Shown: in pieces, positions 24,672 to 33,195 of the stretch
Numbering within the stretch: position 1 is the first letter of the stretch
Layout: the number at the start of each line of letters is the position of its first letter
Assembly: GCA_045805065.1 (NCBI GenBank)
Contig: JBJMMA010000251.1
Coordinates: 1-36,452 of the forward strand
DNA length: 36,452 nt
Direction: 5' to 3'
From: Bdellovibrionia bacterium
GTDB taxonomy: Bacteria > Bdellovibrionota > UBA1018
Notes under the pieces: model-generated
Database searches by the model: none
What the model saw: only the letters and a program-made list of their open reading frames with translations
What the model was told of the DNA's origin: nothing
Made by a program: the position numbers and the translations under genes

Positions 24672-26380
24672 AAAGTTCAGTTTGGTTTTTAAAGGGAGCA
24701 GTCTACTTTGCCGCACTCTCGAGCTCGCTTGCACTCGCAGGATCATCGGGAGGCCATGAGCTGGGTAATGGTGGCGACGTTTTTGTCTGTCCCGGAAACA
24801 AGGTCGAGATGGTCGATGTCTACGAGGCTCGGATTGCCGGTAGAAAAATTGAGATCGGCCCTGAAGGCGTGGATTATAAGGCAAAGCTTCAGAGTGTATT
24901 CAAAAAATGGTCTCAAGTCAGTCCTCTCCGGATGAAGCGTTATCAGGCATGGCTTGATAGCTTTGAGTCAGAGTCTCGCTTCATCCCGGATAGCTCGCTT
25001 CCAAACGTCGGTGACGAAGGTATCATCTCGATCCCTCAGGGGTGTGAGATTCGTCAGGTCGCTATCCAGCTCGCGGATCAGGACCTGGGTTCGTTTTACA
25101 AGCGTTATACCATCACAAAAGATCTTTGGGATCGGATGGATGAGAGTAATCGCGCAGCTCTCGTTCTTCATGAGCTCATCTTTCGAGAAGCGATAGCGAC
25201 CGGTCATCGCGTGAGTCTTCGCGTGCGTTACCTCAACGGAATCCTGCTTTCAAGCTCAAGCATCGATGAGTACGTCAATGCGGGTATCGCACTGAACGGG
25301 ATGTTCTTGGAGTGGGGTTGGGGCGGTCTTGAGAGAGTGGAAAGTGATTACAGCGATCCGATGAATTACGAACTCACGGCTGACACCTTCGGCTGGCAGA
25401 GTAAATACGTTGAAGTAGAAGCTTTTTGGCTTGGAGCCGAATCTTTTAACCTCACCTACAATCACAAAGCGTCCGATGGAACCTGCATTGTTCGCGGAGA
25501 AGTCCGTCGCAATGATATGCGCCGTTTCATCTTCGTCAATCGCGGAGGGTCTTGTTTACTGACCGGAAAGGTACTTTATATTCCCGATGCTCAGGGATCG
25601 ATGTCGGTGTTTAACGAAACCAAAATTGAAAACCAAAACAGCCCCGTTCAGATCAGCTTTGATGAATTTCATGAGACCGGATTTCTGATCAGCGGATTAA
25701 GCTCAACGGCGCAGGTATCTGAGCATTCGGAATGGTCTGATTCCAAATATTCCACGAAAATGGATCTCAATTGCATAGGCCTGAGCTCGATTAAGAAATA
25801 CCCAAACAATTGGTATTTTTCAGGTCGGTCCGAATCAGGCGTGGGCCAATGTCTAGCCAAGAGAGCTCAAGTCAGCTTGAATGGAGGAGCGAAACAGGAA
25901 GACTCCTATTCGTTCCAGTCCTTTCATCTTCTCAGTATTGATAGAACTTCTCACTTCGTTCAATGGCTGAAAATTCTGGAGTTTGACGGAACTCAGTCTG
26001 CAGAGACAGACTTCCAGTTTGGACCAACCTCAGTCAAATGTGAGCAGAACCCTAAGGATCCTAGCGGGTATCTTAACTGCAAAGGCATCCCTGCTGAGCT
26101 TGCCTGCGAGATCCCGGTCATCGATAGCGTTCAAGGAATAGTGAGAACGCGCTCAGAGAAGGTAAAGCTCGCCGACCCAAGCCAGCTTCGCCGCCTTCGA
26201 GCGTCGGAAGGTGACAAAGTGCAGGAAACTTTCGAAGTCCTCGCTCCAACAGGGCAGGTGTACCGCTATAATCAAGGCTTCTTGAAAGACAACCCTCAGA
26301 ACCTGGATCGAACCGCCTGGATGTCCTTGCGATTTGAGAGCGGGAAGTGCGTTGTGACGGGAGAGTATCACGGCCTATAG
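24668..26380 (+). CDS. Secreted protein with GNGGD/HE N-terminal module and unrelated beta-rich C-terminus
   Basis: Signal peptide ending ALA; ELGNGGDVFVC; LWDRMDESNRAALVLHELIF (HE at about aa 168); ATGA overlap with regulator copy 2. Confidence 0.75.
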   Translation: MKSSVWFLKGAVYFAALSSSLALAGSSGGHELGNGGDVFVCPGNKVEMVDVYEARIAGRKIEIGPEGVDYKAKLQSVFKKWSQVSPLRMKRYQAWLDSFESESRFIPDSSLPNVGDEGIISIPQGCEIRQVAIQLADQDLGSFYKRYTITKDLWDRMDESNRAALVLHELIFREAIATGHRVSLRVRYLNGILLSSSSIDEYVNAGIALNGMFLEWGWGGLERVESDYSDPMNYELTADTFGWQSKYVEVEAFWLGAESFNLTYNHKASDGTCIVRGEVRRNDMRRFIFVNRGGSCLLTGKVLYIPDAQGSMSVFNETKIENQNSPVQISFDEFHETGFLISGLSSTAQVSEHSEWSDSKYSTKMDLNCIGLSSIKKYPNNWYFSGRSESGVGQCLAKRAQVSLNGGAKQEDSYSFQSFHLLSIDRTSHFVQWLKILEFDGTQSAETDFQFGPTSVKCEQNPKDPSGYLNCKGIPAELACEIPVIDSVQGIVRTRSEKVKLADPSQLRRLRASEGDKVQETFEVLAPTGQVYRYNQGFLKDNPQNLDRTAWMSLRFESGKCVVTGEYHGL

Positions 26381-26393
26381 CGCCACGATGATC

Positions 26394-27290
26394 TCAGTTC
26401 TTCGCGCAGGTATTCTGGTGATCGCCAGGCATGATGAAGTTTGAAGGCGCAACGACCTTCCAGCCGTGAGCTTGAAGATCGAGCCAGTATTGCTTTGGAG
26501 TGCTAGGCGTCGTCGAGGCGTCGAAATAGTTGACCTTGTCAGCCACGCCACAATATTTATCTCCCAGGCTATCGGCAGTGCCGCTCACTTTTCGCCAAAT
26601 CAGCATCATCGCAAGACGCATTGGAGGGCCCTGGTGCCAGTTGATTTCGACAGGAACTCGAGTCGTCGAATCAAAAGGAACAGCGCGACCTGCGCAGGCC
26701 ATCTTCACGCTGTGCTCGTCGCCATCGTCCTCGATGAGAGAATCCAAGCTTCCATCGGGTTTCACCAGACGTACAGACATACCGTCATCTGAGAGTGTGC
26801 CCAGTTGATAGAGACCTGCTGAATCGTCCGAACCCAAAGCAAGAGTCGTCGTGAAGTGGAAACCAAAGAAAGAGGTCAGTTTGTTTCCTAGGTTGTCTTC
26901 CAGGAAAGAACCATCTGGAAGTTGGAAACCTTGGCTAAAGAGAGTCGTTGGAACATTGAGCTGGTTGAAGATGAAACTCACATCCGCTGGCGAGTGTCCG
27001 TGCTGGATGTAATCATCCGTGGATCTGTATCCGTTCGGGTTATTTGCATCCAAATAGTACATAGAGCCAACGATTCCGTTAGTCGAGGAGGACTGTCCCG
27101 AGCTGCCGCCTCCGTTCAGCGGGTCGCAAACGACCGCGGATGGAGAAGGTGAGGGGGATGCAAGAGCTGCAGGTGCTACTGATGATGCAGCAGGTTTGCG
27201 GATGCCAACGGTGTATTCCGTTTCACAACCCGTAAGCGCAAGACCGGCAACCGCAAAAACCGCAACACTGCTGAGTGCTTGTAATTTCAT
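26394..27290 (-). CDS. PA14-domain lipoprotein
   Basis: Lipobox LTG-C after ATG 27290 (SD GGGGA); Ser/Pro linker; YQLGTLSDDGMSV with the PA14 SDDG motif; WHQGP. Confidence 0.75.
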   Translation of the reverse strand: MKLQALSSVAVFAVAGLALTGCETEYTVGIRKPAASSVAPAALASPSPSPSAVVCDPLNGGGSSGQSSSTNGIVGSMYYLDANNPNGYRSTDDYIQHGHSPADVSFIFNQLNVPTTLFSQGFQLPDGSFLEDNLGNKLTSFFGFHFTTTLALGSDDSAGLYQLGTLSDDGMSVRLVKPDGSLDSLIEDDGDEHSVKMACAGRAVPFDSTTRVPVEINWHQGPPMRLAMMLIWRKVSGTADSLGDKYCGVADKVNYFDASTTPSTPKQYWLDLQAHGWKVVAPSNFIMPGDHQNTCAKN

Positions 27291-27317
27291 AGTGTATTCC
27301 CCGAGGCTCCTATGGAA

Positions 27318-27333
27318 TGCAGGGACGGTGCCG
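27318..27333 (-). promoter_or_regulatory. Sigma54 -24/-12 promoter of the PA14 lipoprotein gene
   Basis: The minus strand reads CGGCAC-CGTCC-CTGCA (GG-N10-GC), 27 nt before the ATG. Confidence 0.6.
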
Positions 27334-27616
27334 GGCGTTATGGCTATTTTAGGGGTGTTTAAGAGTAATAATTCTGACAAAAAGTTCGACAGTGTTTTAC
27401 ACTTGAACAGTTCCGCTGTGTAAAGTGATTTTGTGTAACAAGATCTGGTTATGCACTCTACTTGGACTGCAGGCACTTGAAGAAGTTGGAAGCTTGAGTC
27501 TGTGGCTCGATGCCTGGTCGGCGTTTTGAGTGGGATGTGAATCTGCAGAGTGGCGTGGTCCGCATAAAAGGGTTTCCTCTGGACAGTGTTTTTGGCCTCT
27601 GCTGCAATAAGCGAAT

Positions 27617-29041
27617 ATGAATATCGTCAACAAATGGGTGCTTCGCTCGGCAGTCGTCATCATGAAAAACAGGCTTGAGACCTGGACTCCTGATTACCTG
27701 CTGCAAAAGAGCAGTGCCAAAGCGTTGAAGATGTTCAAGACGGCGGCCGCTCACTTTCCCGCGTATCAGGATATTCTTAAAGCCAAGGGCGTAACGGCGG
27801 AGAGTGTTCGTACGATCGATGACTTTTACAAGCGGGTCCCACTCATCGACAAGCAATCGGTGTTTGGAAAGTACAAATTGGAAGATCTGGTCACACCAGA
27901 GACTGCTCAAGGCTTGAGTGATTATTTTGTCAGCTCGGGAACGTCTGGAACGTTTTCCTTTGGTCTGAAGACCAAGAAAGAGCTTAAAAACATCCGCTGG
28001 TGGACGGATGCTAATCTTGAGCGCTACTTTGGGATTACGCGCAAGCGCACTCTAATCGTGAACTGCCTTCCGATGGCCTCACGGGTTTACTCTGATCTGC
28101 CTAAGGCGGAGTTGGGCGCCCATGCTGAGCGGGCTTTGGCAGTCATCCAATCAAGTCGCGCGATGTTTGATCAATTTCTCATCGTGTCCCTTGGCCATAT
28201 CTTCTTTAAAAAGCTGATTGAGCTCGGCGAGGCGCAGGGTATCCGCTGGGACGAGATGCCCGTATACTTTCTGACGGGTGGAGAAACTCTTCCGGAGAAC
28301 GCGCGCCAGTATTTTCTAAGCAGGCTCCCGAAATCTCAATCAGGAGGCTCTCCCCGAGTGGCGTCAAGCGGTGGCTTGACTGAGCTTTCGATGAACGCTG
28401 TGTTCTTTGAAACCCCCGAGACGATTGCGATACGGCAGGAGGCCATGAAGAACACGGAGCTTAGAAAAGCGCTCTATGGCGAGGACGTCATCACCTGTCC
28501 GCCGCTCTTTTGCTGGAATCCGCTTTCCACCTTTCTTGAGATTGAAGCCGGGAAGGAGATGGGCGAGATCATTGCGACCAATCTGGACAGCGACTGTGTC
28601 ACGCCGTTGGTTCGCTACAACCTCCATGAAAAAGGAAAGATTTTCAACCGAGTAGAACTCTCAAAAATTTTTGAGCGTTTTCAACTCGGACATCTCCAGC
28701 CTAAGATGCCCCTTCCGATCATCGCGTTCTATGGGAGAGCCGATGAAATGTCGCGAGCCATTCAGGATTTCATCTATGTTCGGCATGATATTGCCCGCGC
28801 GCTGACGGCAAACTTCAAGGCGTACAAAGATCCGGATGGCAAGCTCAAGAGAGTGATGTTTCAACTCAAGAAAGATCAGTCGCCCAAGTCCGCTTTTTTT
28901 GATCCCTTGGTTCAGGATCTCGAGCGACAGTTTGGTGCAGGCTTGAGTATCGAATTTATTGAGTTTCAGGCGTTTCCGTACGGCATGGATCTGAACTTTG
29001 AAAACAAGTTTGATCGCGCGATCGAGTCTCTTAACTGTTAA
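27617..29041 (+). CDS. Phenylacetate-CoA ligase (PaaK)-like adenylate-forming enzyme
   Basis: VPLIDK, P-loop SSGTSG, GGE, GLTE, PLVRYNLHE, FYGRAD. Confidence 0.75.
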   Translation: MNIVNKWVLRSAVVIMKNRLETWTPDYLLQKSSAKALKMFKTAAAHFPAYQDILKAKGVTAESVRTIDDFYKRVPLIDKQSVFGKYKLEDLVTPETAQGLSDYFVSSGTSGTFSFGLKTKKELKNIRWWTDANLERYFGITRKRTLIVNCLPMASRVYSDLPKAELGAHAERALAVIQSSRAMFDQFLIVSLGHIFFKKLIELGEAQGIRWDEMPVYFLTGGETLPENARQYFLSRLPKSQSGGSPRVASSGGLTELSMNAVFFETPETIAIRQEAMKNTELRKALYGEDVITCPPLFCWNPLSTFLEIEAGKEMGEIIATNLDSDCVTPLVRYNLHEKGKIFNRVELSKIFERFQLGHLQPKMPLPIIAFYGRADEMSRAIQDFIYVRHDIARALTANFKAYKDPDGKLKRVMFQLKKDQSPKSAFFDPLVQDLERQFGAGLSIEFIEFQAFPYGMDLNFENKFDRAIESLNC

Positions 29042-29208
29042 AATTGAATCGCTAAATACATAGAATAAGTTGAATTTTAGCCTGAGCTCAAACCTGCGCG
29101 ATGTCGATTGGGACACTCTGCTGTTCTCCGAATTTTTAATGTTAAATATGTAAAGAATAATAAGATTTTCTCGATCAGTTATAAAAGAGAGAACACTTTT
29201 TCATATTT

Positions 29209-30423
29209 ATGCGTAAAAAATTGCTCAAGATTGGATTCAAGCTTCTGCCTGCTTTCGTGAGGCAATATCTGATGCGATCGATGATTCGCGTGCAAGACGA
29301 GCTGGATGAAGGCTTTGTCGTCAAGCTTGCTGAAACCAGCGAGGAATATGAAGGCGCCTTTCGCGTACTCCATGATTCTTACGTTGAGAAAGGATTCTGC
29401 TCTCCGCAGCCGAGCGGAATGAGGCTGATCCTGCATCATGCTCTTCCTACGACTTCTGTCGTGATCGCGAAGAAGGGCACGAGGGTCGTGGGCACTTTAA
29501 CTCTGGTTCGCGACAACAAGCTCAAGCTTCCAATCGAGAAGGAGTGGAATCTCTCCAAACTACGCGTAGGCGCCCGTAGAATCGCGGAAATCACCTGTTT
29601 TGCCATTGATCCTGCTTTTCGTCGGGCCAATCATGGAAACGTGTTTTTTCCGCTATTGCGTTTCATGTACGAATACGCCACCCAGTATTTCGGAACGGAC
29701 TATCTGGCAGTCGTCATTGATCCGAAAGATAAGGATTTCTACGAAGGCATCCTGTTCTTTAAACCCGTCGACAACCGCGTCGTGGATGATTATCTGGGCG
29801 CTCCGGCGATCGCTCAATTTCTTGATTTGAAAAAAGCGCGTGCACGATTCAAGAGGGCTTACGGCAGCAAGCCGAATGACCTCAATCTGTACCGATACTT
29901 TGTCGACCTGCATCCCAAGGGAGTGCAGTTCCCGAAACAAGAGTCCTACGTCGTCAATGGCCCTGCCATGAGCGCCGACAAGGTAAAGCACTTCTTCTTT
30001 GAAGTCAGCGGTCTCGGACGCGAGGTGACCCCAGAGCAACTTGAAAAGATGCTTCTGCACTTTCCTCGGGAGATTCAGGAACGTGCCTGTCGGATCGAAG
30101 TGGAGCTGCCCGCAGAGATTGTATCGCTGGATGGCTCGCCAATAGGCAAGATTCAGATCAAGGATATCTCGCGAACTGGAATCAGGGTCGCATGGATTCC
30201 AGAACACTGCTCCAGCCTGGACCAGATATACCGAATCAAAACGGATGAGGGCTCAGGGGTTCGTCTGGATGTTCGGGTTCGTCTTGCATGGTTAAAGAAA
30301 GGTCATGGGGGAGGCTTTGAAGTGGTCTCTGGCCAGCTGAACTGGACCCGTTGGGTTCAAGAGCTGGAAATTCGGATGCCTTCGAGTGCAGCGGTTCTTC
30401 GGGCTTTTGAAGGTGCCGCATGA
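29209..30423 (+). CDS. FeeM-like N-acyl amino acid synthase (GNAT) fused to a C-terminal PilZ domain
   Basis: AFRVLHDSYVEKGF, VVGTLTLVRDN...LPIE, AEITCFAIDP, LAVVIDP...FYEGILFF, GAPAI; C-terminal ERACR...KDISRTG...VRLAW...GGFE. Confidence 0.75.
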   Translation: MRKKLLKIGFKLLPAFVRQYLMRSMIRVQDELDEGFVVKLAETSEEYEGAFRVLHDSYVEKGFCSPQPSGMRLILHHALPTTSVVIAKKGTRVVGTLTLVRDNKLKLPIEKEWNLSKLRVGARRIAEITCFAIDPAFRRANHGNVFFPLLRFMYEYATQYFGTDYLAVVIDPKDKDFYEGILFFKPVDNRVVDDYLGAPAIAQFLDLKKARARFKRAYGSKPNDLNLYRYFVDLHPKGVQFPKQESYVVNGPAMSADKVKHFFFEVSGLGREVTPEQLEKMLLHFPREIQERACRIEVELPAEIVSLDGSPIGKIQIKDISRTGIRVAWIPEHCSSLDQIYRIKTDEGSGVRLDVRVRLAWLKKGHGGGFEVVSGQLNWTRWVQELEIRMPSSAAVLRAFEGAA

Positions 30424-33116
30424 AAACGAAAGCCCAATACACAATACTGGGCTTGGCGACACTCTTGAGCTTTGCCGCCAATGCGACCGGGTACTACAAC
30501 TTTGGGATGCATTGGAAGGGCGCTCCAAACCCGCATTTCATCGGCGGAGCAGTTACGTTTCAGTCTGGATTTACGGCCGGAGCGTCGACGGGCGGCGCCG
30601 CAAGCAACGACACTGGCGGTTTTAATCAGCCCACGAGCGTGGCGTTTGACTGGGCTGGAAACCTGTACGTCAGCGATTACATCAATTCTCGGATCAACAA
30701 ATACACGGCGGCGGGTGCATTTGTTTCATCCATTTCACTCACGTTCCAGCCGCGAGGAATTTCGCTCGATCCTTCAGGCAATCTCTATATTGCGAACATG
30801 TCAGATAGCGCGATTGTGAAATATGACTCCTCCGGCGTGTATCAGGGCTGGATCGGAAATATTGCCACATCGCCTACGGGGGGAGCTGCGGGCTGCAACG
30901 GAGCAGCTGCAGGAACCTTTACCCCCGGATGGTGCAAAGGAGGATCGTCTACATCTGGAACAGGCGATGGAATGTTGGATTCGCCCACGGCACTCGTGGT
31001 TGACTCAGCCGGGAAAATGTATGTGATGGATTCTCATAATGGCCGAATCAGCAAATACACAACCGCAGGAGCGTTTATAGGTTGGACCGGATATATCCAG
31101 ACTTCTCCAACAGGTGGAGCTGCAGGTTGCAATGGCGCGACTGGCGCGACTCCAGGCTGGTGTACCGGAGGGACTGCGTTGAACGGAGTCGGAGCGGGAG
31201 CTGGATTTTTCTCCCCTTGGGAGATTGCGGAGGATAATTTTGGCAATCTCTACGTCGCCGACAGAGGCAATCACCGTGTCGTGAAATATAACTCCTCAGG
31301 GGTTTATCAAGGTTGGATTGGTGGCATCATTTCGAAACCTACGGGAGGAGCAGCAGGCTGTTCGACATCGAACCCAGGGACGATTACACCAGGTTGGTGT
31401 ACCGGAGGCGCGGCCGATAGTGGAACCGCAAGTGGCTTTATGTATACTCCGCATGGTATAGTGGCTGATTCTGCGGGCAATATTTATGTCTCAAATGAGA
31501 ATAACTATAGAATCAACAAGTACAACTCGTCAGGTGCTTTTCAAGGCTGGATGGGTACGATCGCTACTTCTCCAACGGGCGGAGCTGCGGGTTGTAGTGG
31601 CGCTGCTGCAGGAACGGACACCCCAGGATGGTGTACAGGTGGTACAGCTTCGCCAGGCATAGTGGGTGTCGGAGCGCTTGCAATCGATTCATCCGATCAG
31701 CTCTTTGTGGCCGACCAGGTCGTTAACTGGGTGTTGAAAATCTCTAGTTCTGGAGTCGTTTCCGGGACATTGAAATCGATCGCAACGTACAGTACCGGAT
31801 GGAAACGTATTCTTCTGAGCGCTTCGGGAACGGGTGACGGCCTTCTCTACAGTCCGCAGGGTATGGCTGTGGATTCCGCTAAGAACATCTACGTTCTAGA
31901 TGCGGGCAATCATCGCATCAGCAAATACAATGCGTCGGGCGCGTTCGTGGGTTGGATCGGAAAGATTTCTACTCAGCCCACAGGAGGAGCCGCGGGCTGT
32001 AGTAGCGCAAGTGTAGGGACCTTTACTCCAGGCTGGTGCACGGGTGGAGACGCGGATTTTGGTACGGGCGATGGCATGTTGAATGGCGGAAATGCGATTG
32101 CGTTGGATCCGTCTGGGAACATGTATGTTGTCGATGGAAACCACCGTGTCAGTAAATACAATTCGGCGGGCGCGTTCGTGGGTTGGATCGGAAAGATTTC
32201 TACTCAGCCCACAGGAGGAGCCGCGGGGTGTAGTAGCGCAAGTGTAGGGACCTTTACTCCGGGGTGGTGCACAGGCGGGACCTCGACCTCTGGAGCGGGA
32301 GACGGAATGCTGAGCAGTCCAGGCGGAGTCGCGCTGGATTCTTCTGGCAACATTTACGTGGCAGATTACGGAAACAACCGCATCAGCAAATATAATTCGG
32401 CGGGCGCGTTTGTGGGTTGGATTGGAAAGATTTCTACTCAGCCCACAGGAGGAGCCGCGGGATGTAGCAGCGCGGCCGTAGGGAGTTTCACCCCCGGCTG
32501 GTGCACGGGTGGAGTTTCGGCCTCTGGATCGGGAGACGGAATGATGAGTTCACCCCGAAACATTGCATTAGATTCTTCCGGCAATTTCTACGTCTCCGAT
32601 ATAGGTAACAACCGACTCGAGAAGTTTGCCTCAACCGGAGCATTCTTAGGATGGATTGGAAAAATCGGAACAGTGCCGACAGGGGGTGTGGCCGGTTGCA
32701 CGGGAGCGTCTGTAGGAGCGGCGACCCCAGGATGGTGCACCGGTGGTGCCTCGGCTGCCGGTAGTGGGGATGGAATGTACCCAAGTGTATTGGGTTTAAC
32801 AGTGAGCACTCAGGGCGGTCTTTACGTCTCATTAGGTTCAAATCGCATCACTAAGGCTGATTCGGTCACTGGCGCTTTTCAGGGCTGGATTGGTCTGATT
32901 TCGGGCTCGCCCTCAGGCGGAGAGACGGGCTGCAAAGGTGCCGCAGTCGGGACCGTCACCCCGGGATGGTGTATCGGAGGAGCTACCGCTGTTTCAGGCT
33001 CGGGGGACGGCGTGCTGAAAACTCCGAAGGGATTGGCGAGGGACTCTGCCGGAAATCTCTACGTCGTTGATAGTGGCAATCATCGGATTATTCGATTCAC
33101 TGGACTCAATCGCTGA
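30420..33116 (+). CDS. Secreted NHL-repeat protein (12 blades, probably two six-bladed propellers) with nine Cys-pair inserts
   Basis: Signal peptide; 12 P.G.A.D..GN.YV.D..N.RI.K repeats; nine GWIG...PTGGAAGC...TPGWCTGG inserts; ATGA overlap with the FeeM-PilZ gene. Confidence 0.85.
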   Translation: MKTKAQYTILGLATLLSFAANATGYYNFGMHWKGAPNPHFIGGAVTFQSGFTAGASTGGAASNDTGGFNQPTSVAFDWAGNLYVSDYINSRINKYTAAGAFVSSISLTFQPRGISLDPSGNLYIANMSDSAIVKYDSSGVYQGWIGNIATSPTGGAAGCNGAAAGTFTPGWCKGGSSTSGTGDGMLDSPTALVVDSAGKMYVMDSHNGRISKYTTAGAFIGWTGYIQTSPTGGAAGCNGATGATPGWCTGGTALNGVGAGAGFFSPWEIAEDNFGNLYVADRGNHRVVKYNSSGVYQGWIGGIISKPTGGAAGCSTSNPGTITPGWCTGGAADSGTASGFMYTPHGIVADSAGNIYVSNENNYRINKYNSSGAFQGWMGTIATSPTGGAAGCSGAAAGTDTPGWCTGGTASPGIVGVGALAIDSSDQLFVADQVVNWVLKISSSGVVSGTLKSIATYSTGWKRILLSASGTGDGLLYSPQGMAVDSAKNIYVLDAGNHRISKYNASGAFVGWIGKISTQPTGGAAGCSSASVGTFTPGWCTGGDADFGTGDGMLNGGNAIALDPSGNMYVVDGNHRVSKYNSAGAFVGWIGKISTQPTGGAAGCSSASVGTFTPGWCTGGTSTSGAGDGMLSSPGGVALDSSGNIYVADYGNNRISKYNSAGAFVGWIGKISTQPTGGAAGCSSAAVGSFTPGWCTGGVSASGSGDGMMSSPRNIALDSSGNFYVSDIGNNRLEKFASTGAFLGWIGKIGTVPTGGVAGCTGASVGAATPGWCTGGASAAGSGDGMYPSVLGLTVSTQGGLYVSLGSNRITKADSVTGAFQGWIGLISGSPSGGETGCKGAAVGTVTPGWCIGGATAVSGSGDGVLKTPKGLARDSAGNLYVVDSGNHRIIRFTGLNR
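31936..32510 (+). repeat. Three near-identical ~105-bp intragenic DNA repeats (period 231-234 bp)
   Basis: CGGGCGCGTTyGTGGGTTGGATyGGAAAGATTTCTACTCAGCCCACAGGAGGAGCCGCGGG... starts at 31936, 32167 and 32401. Confidence 0.9.
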
Positions 33117-33153
33117 AGGTACTCACTGGAAGCCACGACTCTCATTTGTAAAT

Positions 33154-33185
33154 AGATTTAATTAAATCTGTTGAATTGCCGATAC
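33154..33185 (+). promoter_or_regulatory. Sigma28 (FliA)-type promoter overlapped by a perfect 16-bp palindrome
   Basis: TTAA (33158-33161), 16-nt spacer, GCCGATAC (33178-33185); palindrome AGATTTAATTAAATCT (33154-33169). Confidence 0.65.
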
Positions 33186-33195
33186 GTCTTACAAG

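Noticed and set aside
27291..27476. 62-aa N-terminal extension of the PA14 protein given by the ORF track
   Set aside because: The lipoprotein signal, SD and sigma54 promoter all point to ATG 27290.
29151..29177. Possible sigma28 promoter TAAA-N15-CTCGATCA before the FeeM-PilZ gene
   Set aside because: The -10 match is weak and the region is very AT-rich, so a chance match is likely; not called without TSS data.
22681..33116. Diversity-generating retroelement or CRISPR array
   Set aside because: No reverse transcriptase, no template/variable repeat pair with adenine-specific differences and no cas genes. The repeats at 31936-32510 are in-frame coding repeats.
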